The notes: a model not told the origin generated them from the letters alone. Shown: positions 1 through 9,518, counted from the stretch's first letter. The stretch: 64,000 bases of DNA from Chloroflexota bacterium (GCA_016838895.1 JAEKNU010000018.1:2207-66206), one strand, 5' to 3'. Numbers and translations: made by a program.

Positions 1-576
1 CTCGGCGATCATGCGTCGTTTGGATTTTTCGATGTTAAAACTAGGGCCTGCCTGCAAATAGGATGGAAACACGCGCATGTCATTGTAAGTGTATTTTCCG
101 TTGCGGATTTTGTAGGTTGCTCCATCCGGAATGATGCGTTGCTTGATCCTGTGCAGCGAAATAGTGTTTAATGCTTTAATGGCGACATCACCCATCAACA
201 TAATGACTTTCAGGTTCGGGAATAGCGCCAGTTCCTTCTCCAATATAAATGAGCATTCCTTAATCGTAGCACTTTGAATGGTATAGGCTGTCTTGGCACA
301 TTTCACAGCGCTGGTGAAATAAATCCCTTTTTCAACTAACTCTTGAATGGATTTTGCTTCCACACCGGCGTCCTTAAACGCGGTCAGGGTGGTTCTTTCA
401 TAACCCGGGTTACCAGGTTGATAATAATCATCCCTCGGATTTTTCGGTACAGATTCTGAGATTAATACCATGCGGATGGATTGTGGATCCAGATCAATGG
501 ATGGGATCTGATGCACTTCCTGCTTGATATCCATACAGGGGAAATTCAGACATTGAATTTGGGAATCAATTTTCAT
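1..576 (-). CDS. uracil-DNA glycosylase superfamily protein (C-terminus cut by window edge)
   Basis: Minus-strand frame is open from ATG 576-574 (AGGAG a few nt upstream) to position 1. It is absent from the ORF track because no stop lies in the window. Translation MKIDSQIQCLNFPCMD...RMVLISESVPKNP...YFTSAVKCAK...VFPSYLQAGP has the UDG family 4/5-like layout, but the usual GEAPG and HPS motifs are degenerate. Confidence 0.5.
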   Translation of the reverse strand, partial: MKIDSQIQCLNFPCMDIKQEVHQIPSIDLDPQSIRMVLISESVPKNPRDDYYQPGNPGYERTTLTAFKDAGVEAKSIQELVEKGIYFTSAVKCAKTAYTIQSATIKECSFILEKELALFPNLKVIMLMGDVAIKALNTISLHRIKQRIIPDGATYKIRNGKYTYNDMRVFPSYLQAGPSFNIEKSKRRMIAE

Positions 577-656
577 TCGGGCTCCTGGTGAGGTGATGAT
601 TTCATTATACATCAGGGATGGATTGCTTCCTGTTTTTTTTTCCTGGAGAGATTAAC

Positions 657-1214
657 TTAACCTATCCAACCGATCAGCCAAGTCGATAGTCGTAAAACCA
701 ACCAGATCAGCAGCGGCATACTCAGTAGACCCACTCCGATCAAAATACCCAATTCCTTTTTGGAAATACCGTCAGTCTTCAGTTCATGGATCAACAATCG
801 GCTGCTGATGGGTAATATCAAAAATACTGCCGTGACCAACCCAGGCACAATGCTGCCCAGAAAAAGGCTTTGCGCGATGTGCATCAGGGCGTTGATGATC
901 ATTATTCCGGCCAGAAATGTGATTGTCAGATGTGCCCATCGTTTTTCAACATTTATGGTGAGTACAAATGCCAGAACCACTGCCAGGAAATTGAGTATCC
1001 AGATAGACAGCGAGAATGATTGCGGCTGCCAGTTACCCGCGAATTTTTGAAAGAACGCCGGATATGTGTGCATATGCTGATCCAGAAAAATCGGCATACG
1101 GATCAGCTCTTCCAGGTTATGCAGAATGAAACTGATCGTGAAAAGCCAGATCAATTGTTTCTGGCGTGTTGCATGCTGCTCGGTTACAACGTATTGTGTT
1201 GGCTCTTTTACCAT
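657..1214 (-). CDS. HXXEE domain-containing membrane protein
   Basis: 185 aa with several hydrophobic helices and an N-terminal ILHNLEEL (HxxEE) motif. Its start overlaps the stop of the upstream NAPRTase gene by 7 nt. Confidence 0.6.
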   Translation of the reverse strand: MVKEPTQYVVTEQHATRQKQLIWLFTISFILHNLEELIRMPIFLDQHMHTYPAFFQKFAGNWQPQSFSLSIWILNFLAVVLAFVLTINVEKRWAHLTITFLAGIMIINALMHIAQSLFLGSIVPGLVTAVFLILPISSRLLIHELKTDGISKKELGILIGVGLLSMPLLIWLVLRLSTWLIGWIG

Positions 1215-2551
1215 ACCCGCTCCAGTTCTGGATTTTCACAGGCTTGACGCCCCACCTTGGAGAGATCAACCCATTTGCCATGCAATTTAACCCGCACCAC
1301 ATCCGCCGTATAGTCGTTCACTGTCGGCCCGTGATTGTCAAACAGGGACGAGCCCACCGCATAAATATCCGCCGGGACATGCAGCTTTTCAAACCGGGTA
1401 ATTTTTTCAGGATTAAAGCCGCCGGAGACCACAATTTTCACGTCCTCACAAAACTGCCTGGCTTCTGCCTGCCACTCATCCGGAATATTCCATTTTTTCC
1501 AGGCCTGGTCCAATCCCTGGCGTACCAGAAAGACCAGCCGCGGGGTGACACCCAAATCCAGGGCCGGGTCACCTAATGGGGCGACGGATTCATCACGCAG
1601 GTCATTACTGGTATCCAGACGTACCCCGTAAAGTTTGTAGCGTTGGGCTTCTTCTTTTTTGCCTTCGGCAAGCAAACGCCGATAGGCGTCAAACATGGCT
1701 CGTGCCACATGAATAGATTCATTTACACAGTCATTATTGAAATCCACCAGGGCAATGCGCGGAATACTGGCAGGTAAAATGCGTGCGAAAGCCAGCATGG
1801 CTTCCGCTGTATCGCCGAGGAAGGAAGCAATCGCCGCATGGGCAACCGTGCCACCCCCAGCACCGCCCCACCAATCCCCCTGTGCATCCGTGGAGATAAA
1901 GGGTCCCAATTCTTCTGCGTAATCCATGTTATAGCGCTGGATCGCAATATTGTAAGCATAGCCATCGGCTGCCTGAACCTCATGCAGATCAAAACGGGCA
2001 GGGAAAAAGAGCAATGGTTTCCCGCTGGCAGCGATCAATGTGTTGTAGACATTGGTGGCTACCCGGCTGGCGCGGGTAAAAATACCCAGCGTGGAGGTTT
2101 CCAGCATGGCAAAATCGCGATAACGCCCACGTACACGCATGATCGGTTTGATATGCGCTGTATTGCCATCATACGTTACCTTGCTGCCATCATGGACTGC
2201 CCATACTTCCAACTTGTCGGCGGTATTAATGTATTCACCGTCCTGAAAATAGCCTGTACATTGACGCAGCATACTGAGGGCTTTATCCACACCCACCACA
2301 ATGGTATGACCGGTGCGGCGGGTGAACCACTGCATCTCTACCTCAATATCACCACAATCAATGCCCTCTGGTGTGACATCTTGCGGCAAAAGAGAACGGC
2401 TGCCTTGATAGGTGTAGCCGCTGGCAGCCAATTGCTCCAACATATAGGCAATGTTGAAGAAGTATTTATCGGTGTACCACCCCTGGCGCATGCGATCTAT
2501 GTCCAGTTTAAATGTTTCATCCTGTAATCGTTGTTTATTAAAAAGGCTCAT
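1208..2551 (-). CDS. nicotinate phosphoribosyltransferase (type II PRTase, archaeal/Thermoplasma-like form)
   Basis: 447 aa. Blocks GRYRDFAMLETSTLG, GTVAHAAIASFLGD, GVRLDTSNDL, KIVVSGGFNPEKI and IYAVGSSL align in order with the NAPRTase/QAPRTase family. Confidence 0.8.
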   Translation of the reverse strand: MSLFNKQRLQDETFKLDIDRMRQGWYTDKYFFNIAYMLEQLAASGYTYQGSRSLLPQDVTPEGIDCGDIEVEMQWFTRRTGHTIVVGVDKALSMLRQCTGYFQDGEYINTADKLEVWAVHDGSKVTYDGNTAHIKPIMRVRGRYRDFAMLETSTLGIFTRASRVATNVYNTLIAASGKPLLFFPARFDLHEVQAADGYAYNIAIQRYNMDYAEELGPFISTDAQGDWWGGAGGGTVAHAAIASFLGDTAEAMLAFARILPASIPRIALVDFNNDCVNESIHVARAMFDAYRRLLAEGKKEEAQRYKLYGVRLDTSNDLRDESVAPLGDPALDLGVTPRLVFLVRQGLDQAWKKWNIPDEWQAEARQFCEDVKIVVSGGFNPEKITRFEKLHVPADIYAVGSSLFDNHGPTVNDYTADVVRVKLHGKWVDLSKVGRQACENPELERVW

Positions 2552-2664
2552 AGCAGGCCTCCATTAGTTAGTGTACTTTCTACACTATTATACTTTGCCT
2601 GATCAGATTGTCAAGTAGCCCATATACATTGCTTACAGTAAAATAAACAAGAGGAGCAAAGCGA

Positions 2665-3134
2665 ATGAATATTTATTTTTCATTTTCAATCACAGGCGGA
2701 CGCGAATTTCAACCCATTAAACAGGCGATGGCTGAAACGATGTTAGCGTTGGGTTGCAGGTACCCACTGCAATGAACACTAAATCGGATATTAATCTTGT
2801 GGAAAAAGCGTGCACAGCACAGGAAATCTTTCAACGTGATACGCGTTGGATCAATGAATGTCATATGATCATCGCTGAAGTGAGTACACCTTCACACGGC
2901 GTCGGTTTTGAAATCGATTACGGCCTCTCCATTGGAAAACCGGTATATTGTTTTCACTGTTCGGATAAAGTGATATCAAAGATGTTTATAGGCAACCCTA
3001 CTGAATACTTAAATATCACCCACTATGACAATGGTGAGGAGCTATGCACAAAGGTGCATCACCTGATTGTATACTGTCGACAGGATAAATATCATGTCAA
3101 TCCTATGACTTTATGCATTGGCAAAATAGACTGA
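2665..3134 (+). pseudogene. 2'-deoxynucleoside 5'-phosphate N-hydrolase (DNPH1/Rcl, nucleoside 2-deoxyribosyltransferase-like), frameshifted
   Basis: ATG 2665 encodes MNIYFSFSITGGREFQPIKQAMAETMLALGC and then stops at TGA 2773-2775. The rest of the family signature (IFQRDTRWINECHMIIAEVSTPSHGVGFEIDYGLSIGKPVYCF) is in another frame, open from 2736 to 3134. One indel between 2736 and 2775 would restore a ~155-aa protein. Confidence 0.6.
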
Positions 3135-3712
3135 TTCGTCCTATTATTATTGAGGAGACAGAACAACGCAACATCATCGATACAACATCCCAGATTCATT
3201 GAACTCACATCACAGATATATCGAAGCTACATCACACCCTCATTGCAGATTCATCGCAGCCACATCGAAAACCCCTTATACCAACATCGTCGTTTCATTG
3301 AAGCATATCATACATAAAATGTCTCCTTCTTTGGCAAAAGTCTCCGTTGAGAACCCTCCTCACCGCCCTCAACGGAGACTACTATTTTAATCTCTCACTT
3401 TAAATCCACATTCATTTCTTTTCCCAAATGAAGTAACCTTAAGATAATAAATTCATATGCCATGTTTGGGGTAAATATGCACACTCCCAAAAACCCAAAT
3501 GAAGAATATGCAGAAGAACTTAATTTTCCGATGATCATAAATATCTGTGAACAGATGTTTGCGTAGAATTGAACCTATGATATTTCCTGGATCAATGGGG
3601 AAGTTATTTTTATTCATCATGCAAAATAAATTTATACAGTGCAGCGGTGACCTGCGGTCGCCTATGTATATGTATGGAAAAAATCCAATTAATTACCACA
3701 TCATTGAGATTT

Positions 3713-3753
3713 AAAACTGTAGTGGAACAGCGCGCTGTTCCACTACAGTTTTT
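3713..3753. terminator. bidirectional rho-independent terminator
   Basis: Perfect 14-bp stem ctgtagtggaacag / ctgttccactacag (3717-3730 / 3735-3748) with loop cgcg. It is flanked by AAAA on the left and TTTTT on the right, and lies 17 nt downstream of the rocD stop. Confidence 0.8.
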
Positions 3754-3769
3754 ATCAAATAGAAATTCT

Positions 3770-4972
3770 CTACGCCATCAACAGCACTTTACGGATTCTC
3801 TCCAGCGCCCAATCGATGGTGGCTTTGTCAATCACCAGGGGCGGGGCGAAGCGGATTACGTTTTCATGCGTTTCCTTGCAGAGAATACCTTCGCTTTGCA
3901 AGGCTTCACAGAAGCGCCGCGCGCCGTTGGCTTTTTCATGCAATTCCACGCCGATCAGTAATCCTTTGCCGCGTACTTCCTTGACATGCGGACTGGGGAT
4001 CTCGGCCAGTTGATCCATGAAGTATTCACCCATTTCGTAGGCATTTTCAATCAGGTTTTCATCCTGCAGCACCTGCAGTGAAACGCGCGCCACAGCGGCA
4101 GCCAATGGGTTTCCGCCAAAGGTGGAGCCGTGCTCGCCGGGTTGGAAGAGTCCCATGATGGCATGGTCAGCCAGGACGGCAGCCACGGGGTAGAACCCGC
4201 CGCCCAGGGCTTTGCCCAGGATGACCACATCCGGGCGTACGTTTTCATGTTGACAGGCAAACATCTTGCCTGTACGTCCCAGACCGACTTGAATTTCATC
4301 GGCCATGAAGAGTACATTGTATTTTTTGCACAGTGCGGCCACCGCTTTGAGATAGCCTGCCGGAGGTACGATCACACCGGCTTCCCCCTGAATGGGTTCC
4401 AGCATAATAGCGGCTGTGTTGGGGGTGATGGCGGCTTCCATGGCGGCGATATCCCCATAGGGTACATTGATAAAGCCCGGCGTGAAAGGCCCAAAATCGT
4501 CGCGGTAGAGCGGTTCGGTGGAGAAGGAAATCACAGTGATGGAACGTCCGTGGAAGTTATTGCCCACGGTAATGATCTCGGCTTCGTGCCGTTCGATCTT
4601 CTTCACCTGATAGGCCCATTTACGCACCAACTTGAGGGCGGTCTCCACGGCTTCCGTACCGGAGTTGACCGGCAAGGACATTTCGTATCCGCTGATTTCG
4701 GATAATTTTTGATAAAAAAGCGGTAACTGATCGTTGCGGAATGCGCGCGAGGTCAGGGTCAGCTTTTTGGCTTGTTCAATGAAGGTTTCCAGAATTCTGG
4801 GGTGACAATGCCCCTGATTGACGGCGGAATAGGCGCTCAGGCAATCCAGGTATTTGTTGCCTTCGACATCATAAACCCAGACCCCTTCGGCGCGCTCAAT
4901 GACCACATCCAGGGGATGATAGTTGTGCGCGCCGAATTTGTCTTCAAGATTAATATAATCTTGGGTTTTCAA
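3770..4972 (-). CDS. rocD: ornithine--oxo-acid aminotransferase
   Basis: 400 aa class-III PLP aminotransferase. The N-terminus FGAHNYHPLDVVIERAEGVWVYDVEGNKYLDCLSAYSAVNQGHCHP is typical of RocD/OAT. Confidence 0.9.
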   Translation of the reverse strand: MKTQDYINLEDKFGAHNYHPLDVVIERAEGVWVYDVEGNKYLDCLSAYSAVNQGHCHPRILETFIEQAKKLTLTSRAFRNDQLPLFYQKLSEISGYEMSLPVNSGTEAVETALKLVRKWAYQVKKIERHEAEIITVGNNFHGRSITVISFSTEPLYRDDFGPFTPGFINVPYGDIAAMEAAITPNTAAIMLEPIQGEAGVIVPPAGYLKAVAALCKKYNVLFMADEIQVGLGRTGKMFACQHENVRPDVVILGKALGGGFYPVAAVLADHAIMGLFQPGEHGSTFGGNPLAAAVARVSLQVLQDENLIENAYEMGEYFMDQLAEIPSPHVKEVRGKGLLIGVELHEKANGARRFCEALQSEGILCKETHENVIRFAPPLVIDKATIDWALERIRKVLLMA

Positions 4973-4973
4973 A

Positions 4974-5900
4974 TTAGTTCTCTCCCATCACCTCCACCAG
5001 GACGGCTTTTTGGGCGTGCATGCGGTTTTCCGCTTGATCGAAGAGCGCTGAATGCGGACCATCGGCCACTTCGTCGGTGATTTCCTGACCGCGATGGGCG
5101 GGCAGACAATGCATCACGATGGCTTTCGGGTCGGCTTTGTTGACCAGGTCGGCATTGACCTGATACTGGGCAAAGACTTTCAGACGTTCAGCTTCTTCGG
5201 CTTCCTGCCCCATGCTTGTCCAGGTGTCGGTGTAAATCACGTTGGCTTGTTTGACAGCTTCCACCGTATCTTTGACGATGCGGATTTCACTGCCGGATTG
5301 TGCGGCGAGTTTCTTGCCAACCTGCAGGGCTTGCTCACTGAGGCCGTATCCCTCGGGGCTGTTCATGGTGAAGTTTGCACCTAACATAGCCGAGATATGC
5401 ATCATTGAGGTGGCAACATTGTTGCCGTCACCAATAAAGGTGATATTGAGCCCTTTCAGGTTGCCGAATTTTTCGTAGACGGTTAAGGCATCTGCCATGG
5501 CCTGGCAGGGGTGATTGTAATCACTGAGGCCGTTGACCACGGGGATGCTGGCCCATTTAGCCAGTTGCGTGACATGATCGTGTGCGAACACACGCGCCAT
5601 AATGCCCTGCACATAACCAGATAATACCCGGGCCACGTCGGCGATCGATTCACGTTTGCCCAATCCAATTTCGCTCGGAGAAAGATACAGTGCATCTCCA
5701 CCCAGGTGTCGCATTGCCATATCAAAGCTGACGCGGGTTCGCAAACTTGGCTTCTGGAAAACCATGGCCAATACCTTCCCTTTAAAGATGGGTTTATTCC
5801 CACCTGCGAAATGCTCTGTTTTTAATGTGACGGCTAAATCCAGGAGTTCCTGGATTTTTTCGGCTGGATAATCTGCCACTGCAATAAAATCTTTTTTCAT
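4974..5900 (-). CDS. argF: ornithine carbamoyltransferase
   Basis: 308 aa with the SLRTR carbamoyl-phosphate motif, HPCQ, and HCLPAHRGQE. Its stop lies 1 nt from the rocD start. Confidence 0.9.
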   Translation of the reverse strand: MKKDFIAVADYPAEKIQELLDLAVTLKTEHFAGGNKPIFKGKVLAMVFQKPSLRTRVSFDMAMRHLGGDALYLSPSEIGLGKRESIADVARVLSGYVQGIMARVFAHDHVTQLAKWASIPVVNGLSDYNHPCQAMADALTVYEKFGNLKGLNITFIGDGNNVATSMMHISAMLGANFTMNSPEGYGLSEQALQVGKKLAAQSGSEIRIVKDTVEAVKQANVIYTDTWTSMGQEAEEAERLKVFAQYQVNADLVNKADPKAIVMHCLPAHRGQEITDEVADGPHSALFDQAENRMHAQKAVLVEVMGEN

Positions 5901-5993
5901 TTACTTCCTCCGAATTACGTTCACCATGCCCTGCATGATGAAAAACAATTTGATCCATCCGACGGAGATTAACCGCCGGACGGGGGTTCGCTT

Positions 5994-7313
5994 TTATTTG
6001 GCGAATTTCTTTTTCAAGACATCCGTCAAGGTTGGCACACCGATTTCCTGTAATTCGTAGCGTACACGCTGCATGGGTTTCTTTACCTTAACCACGCGGG
6101 TGATATCGATCGGGGTACCCGATACAATTATATCCACATCTGCGCGATCTATGGTCTTTTCGAGGTCTTTCATCATGGATTTGCCGTATCCCATGGCAGG
6201 TAAAATGGGGCCGGTATCTGGATATTTCTCGTAGGTCTCTTTGATGCTGCCCACAGCGTATGGGCGCGGGTCGACGATCTCGGCGGCACCGAAGCGACGC
6301 GCAGCCACCCAGGCGGCACCGTACTTCATACCACCATGTGTGAGGGTCGGGCCGTCTTCGATGACCAATACGCGTTTGCCGCGAATGGCTTCGGGGTCGT
6401 CCACAAACAACGGGCTGGCGGCTTCGATGACGACAGCATCAGGGTTGACCGAGTACAGGTTCTCACGCACTTTGAGTACATCCCCATAATCGGCGGTGTC
6501 TACTTTGTTGATCACAAACACATCGGCCAGTCGGGCGTTGGTTTCGCCGGGGTAATAGGTTAATTCATGGCCGGGGCGCAGGGGATCGGGCACCACGATC
6601 TGGAGGTCGGGCACGTAGAAGGGGAAGTCGTTATTCCCGCCGTCCCAGAGGATGATATCCACTTCCTGCTCGGCCTGACGGATGATGGCTTCGTAATCCA
6701 CACCGGCGTAGACGATCACGCCGTTATCCAGATGGGGCTCGTATTCCTCGCGTTCCTCGATGCTGCATTCGTGGGTATCCAGGTCGGCGTAGGTGGCAAA
6801 ACGCTGCACAGCCTGTTTGACTAAATCGCCATAGGGCATGGGGTGGCGAATGGCGGCCACCTTGTAACCCATTTCGATCAGAATCTGCGAGACGCGCCGG
6901 GTGGTCTGGCTTTTACCGCAGCCGGTGCGTACGGCACAAATGGAAACGACCGGTTTACTGGATTTGACCTGGGTGGTATGGGTACCCATCAGGCGGAAAT
7001 CCGCACCGCAGGCATTCACCAGGCTGGCTTTATGCATCACGGCTTCGTGAGGAATATCGCTGTAGGCAAAGATGACCTGCTCGATATTCTCATCCTTGAT
7101 CAGGCGCGTCAGTTCGCTTTCATCATAAATGGGGATGCCGTCCGGATACAGTTCACCGGCTAATACGGCCGGGTATTTGCGGCCGTCAATGTTGGGAATT
7201 TGTGTGGCCGTAAATGCGACCACTTTGTAGGCAGCGTTGCCTCGAAAGTAAACATTGAAGTTATGGAAATCGCGGCCCGCTGCACCCATAATGAGCGTTC
7301 GAATGGGGTTCAT
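5994..7313 (-). CDS. COG2403-type P-loop protein (annotated in databases as predicted GTPase / cyclic 2,3-diphosphoglycerate synthetase-like)
   Basis: 439 aa with Walker A CAVRTGCGKSQTT and an N-terminal MGAAGRDFHNFN Rossmann-like start. It is the first gene of the argF-rocD operon. Confidence 0.65.
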   Translation of the reverse strand: MNPIRTLIMGAAGRDFHNFNVYFRGNAAYKVVAFTATQIPNIDGRKYPAVLAGELYPDGIPIYDESELTRLIKDENIEQVIFAYSDIPHEAVMHKASLVNACGADFRLMGTHTTQVKSSKPVVSICAVRTGCGKSQTTRRVSQILIEMGYKVAAIRHPMPYGDLVKQAVQRFATYADLDTHECSIEEREEYEPHLDNGVIVYAGVDYEAIIRQAEQEVDIILWDGGNNDFPFYVPDLQIVVPDPLRPGHELTYYPGETNARLADVFVINKVDTADYGDVLKVRENLYSVNPDAVVIEAASPLFVDDPEAIRGKRVLVIEDGPTLTHGGMKYGAAWVAARRFGAAEIVDPRPYAVGSIKETYEKYPDTGPILPAMGYGKSMMKDLEKTIDRADVDIIVSGTPIDITRVVKVKKPMQRVRYELQEIGVPTLTDVLKKKFAK

Positions 7314-7542
7314 AAATAAAGCTCCTTACAATAAATTATTTTTCCTGCCCTCCGCAGACGGCAGTACCAACCGGTCACCTGCATCAGGTTTGCGGTTTTC
7401 CATTGTTCTTGGCAGAGGCCGTTGAGCGCCGGCAGCAGCCGTGTAACAAGGGATATAACAATGAGGATGAACTTCAAGCGGGCTGAAAATGACCGCTGAT
7501 CGAGATGTATTCAGGCAGATTTTTTGGATTTAAAACAAAATA

Positions 7543-7650
7543 CCGCCAGAATGTAGGATGGCGGAAAGCTTGTTGGCGGTGGGCGGACGAAGTCCGCACG
7601 ATTGGGTGTATGTTGACGTCTGGTATGGCTTCCCCCAACCCAATCCGTGC
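7543..7650 (-). ncRNA. candidate structured RNA / leader element (unclassified)
   Basis: On the minus strand there is a long helix gcacGgattgggt / acccaatcgtgc (7638-7650 with 7596-7607) and a hairpin gcggac-ttc-gtccgc (7583-7597). A hairpin ccgcca-N10-tggcgg (7543-7564) is followed by a U-rich tract. I matched no known riboswitch consensus. Confidence 0.2.
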
Positions 7651-7847
7651 ACCGATACTCCCAACTTCCTTCAACGCGATCAGTAAAACTTGTTTGATTC
7701 TTATGCATTACCAGGCAGGTCGCTCAACCCAAAAAGTAATGCTTGTACACTGTTCAGTATATATGGAAAGCGGGGGGAATGTCAATGGTGGGGAGAAGAG
7801 GGGAAATGTATTAAATATGATGATTTGGTTTCTAAACTCCATTCTGC

Positions 7848-7876
7848 TTGACCCAATTCACCTGCTTATCTATACT
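7848..7876 (+). promoter_or_regulatory. sigma70-type promoter TTGACC-N17-TATACT
   Basis: -35 at 7848-7853 and -10 at 7871-7876, about 35 nt upstream of ATG 7911. Confidence 0.55.
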
Positions 7877-7910
7877 ATACGATATCCGTTGTTTCTGGTT
7901 CAGGGGTGTT

Positions 7911-8690
7911 ATGGCAAGAAAATTAGGAAAAAAAAACCTTATTGCAATCATTGCTGGAGTTGTTTGCGGCATTACGCTTTGCATGGTTCTTATTTGGGTT
8001 GCTTTGGATATTAGTAAGTATGTCCCCAGTACTCGATTATATGATGAGCATACGGTCTACAAATTCAATCCTCGCATTTTACTTAATGCAATTAAAAATG
8101 GTGAACAAGGTCTGTTTTTTAACTATGACAGTAAATGGGGTAATTATCCATCCGAGGAAATATTGGTGTCTGATTGGAATGAGGCCAATTACCTTTCCAT
8201 TCTTCCTGTATTTTTCAATGAATATCTTGATGAGAATATAGATAATTGGAAACTTGTAAATATCCAATATGAGTTTTCAGGGTATGGTTCAGACTTGATG
8301 AGAATTTCCTCAGCGACCTATGAGCTAATGCAATTTGATGATACTGGAGATTATCCGGTCAGTATATATAAAGAGATTGAAATTATTCAAGATGAAGGCT
8401 TGCTTAAATTATATGAGTTTGCTTACGATAGAGAAATGTTTCCGGATCAGGATGATTTCAGGAATTTGAAAATCAAAATTGATGAAGCTATACAAATGGC
8501 AGAAGATAGTGGTGCAAAGAAATATCGGGAAGAGCACAATATATCATCATGGAATGTTCATGTGTTTATCGGGAGTGATAGTTACTGGCAAATTCTTTAT
8601 AGTGCGCCGAACAATTATGCATTTGTTAAGGTTGGTATTAATTCTGAAACAGGGGAAGTAAAAGTCAATTATGGTGATGAAAATGAATAA
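7911..8690 (+). CDS. membrane-anchored hypothetical protein with PepSY-like C-terminus (paralogue 1)
   Basis: I prefer ATG 7911 (MARKLGKKNLIAIIAGVVCGITLCMVLIWVAL, one TM helix) over the track start 7848, which would overlap the promoter. The C-terminus ...WQILYSAPNNYAFVKVGINSETGEVKV resembles PepSY-type endings. Confidence 0.6.
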   Translation: MARKLGKKNLIAIIAGVVCGITLCMVLIWVALDISKYVPSTRLYDEHTVYKFNPRILLNAIKNGEQGLFFNYDSKWGNYPSEEILVSDWNEANYLSILPVFFNEYLDENIDNWKLVNIQYEFSGYGSDLMRISSATYELMQFDDTGDYPVSIYKEIEIIQDEGLLKLYEFAYDREMFPDQDDFRNLKIKIDEAIQMAEDSGAKKYREEHNISSWNVHVFIGSDSYWQILYSAPNNYAFVKVGINSETGEVKVNYGDENE

Positions 8691-8714
8691 TTATACTTTT
8701 ATTAAGGCAGATCA

Positions 8715-9506
8715 TTGATTGTGGAAAAGAGGAAATCGTTTTGGTCAGCAATTTTCATATTTATTGGGACAATCGTTACTACTATGATTGTGAGTGTGAT
8801 CATATTCCTAATCATTGATTATGGCTTATTTGGTCTGTTGTTAATATCAAACATTGATCAATCTACTACTCCGGATCATTATGGGAAAATATTTTATAAA
8901 GTTGAACAAGAAACAGCCGAAGGGAAATACATCTTTACTGAAGTTGTTAGTTATGAACCGATGTTTCCTGAAATACTTTCAACAGGCGAATTTACAGACG
9001 AACAGGAGATGATAGAGCTTTCCGAAGCTTTTCTTGATTATAGACATGGGGGATTAATAAAAAAATGGAATTTGGTAGAGGTTAAATATTATCTATATGA
9101 TTGTAAAAAGGGACTGAATGGATATACACACGCAGCCTATTATTACGAACGTTCAAATTGGGATGGTAGTCAATACTATGTAGAAGGATATTTGATTGAT
9201 CTTCTTCCTGTAGAAGGAATTGTGATCAGTGAAAGATATGATTATTCTAGGGAGGAATTGGATAAGAATTCGCGCTCTATTGTTTGGGAGAATATTAATG
9301 TAAATGCAACAAAGGCCTTGGAAATTATTGGAGATAAAGAAAGCAATGATATCCAAAACGTACAGGATAATCCTTATTGTGAAATCATTATGCAATTATC
9401 GGATGGAAGAAAATTAGATTGGAATATCTGGTATGCTGGTCAAAACGGCCCATTTTACAAAGCGACTGTTGATGAACAAAAAGGGAAAGTGAAAGTTGTA
9501 AATTGA
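8715..9506 (+). CDS. membrane-anchored hypothetical protein with PepSY-like C-terminus (paralogue 2)
   Basis: 263 aa with a TTG 8715 (or GTG 8721) start and an N-terminal TM helix. It shares NWKLVNIQYEF / KWNLVEVKYYLY and the C-terminal WxIxY...G(E/K)VKV pattern with the preceding gene. Confidence 0.6.
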   Translation: MIVEKRKSFWSAIFIFIGTIVTTMIVSVIIFLIIDYGLFGLLLISNIDQSTTPDHYGKIFYKVEQETAEGKYIFTEVVSYEPMFPEILSTGEFTDEQEMIELSEAFLDYRHGGLIKKWNLVEVKYYLYDCKKGLNGYTHAAYYYERSNWDGSQYYVEGYLIDLLPVEGIVISERYDYSREELDKNSRSIVWENINVNATKALEIIGDKESNDIQNVQDNPYCEIIMQLSDGRKLDWNIWYAGQNGPFYKATVDEQKGKVKVVN

Positions 9507-9518
9507 GTTCATCTTTAT

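Noticed and set aside
1166-2527. Plus-strand ORFs 1166-1576 and 1838-2527, opposite the NAPRTase gene.
   Set aside because: They are antisense shadows of a well-supported 447-aa gene and carry no motifs.
3199-3390. 63-aa ORF in the spacer after the DNPH1-like gene.
   Set aside because: There is no ribosome-binding site. The sequence is a low-complexity catc/atcg-rich tract giving a His/Ile/Thr-rich peptide, and it ends in a hairpin (3341-3378). It is more likely non-coding.
7474-8014. ORFs 7474-7674 (-), 7511-7708 (-) and 7505-8014 (+) in the large intergenic region.
   Set aside because: They overlap each other and the predicted RNA helices and promoter. No RBS or recognisable motif is present, and 7505-8014 reads through the 7848 promoter into the next gene's frame region.
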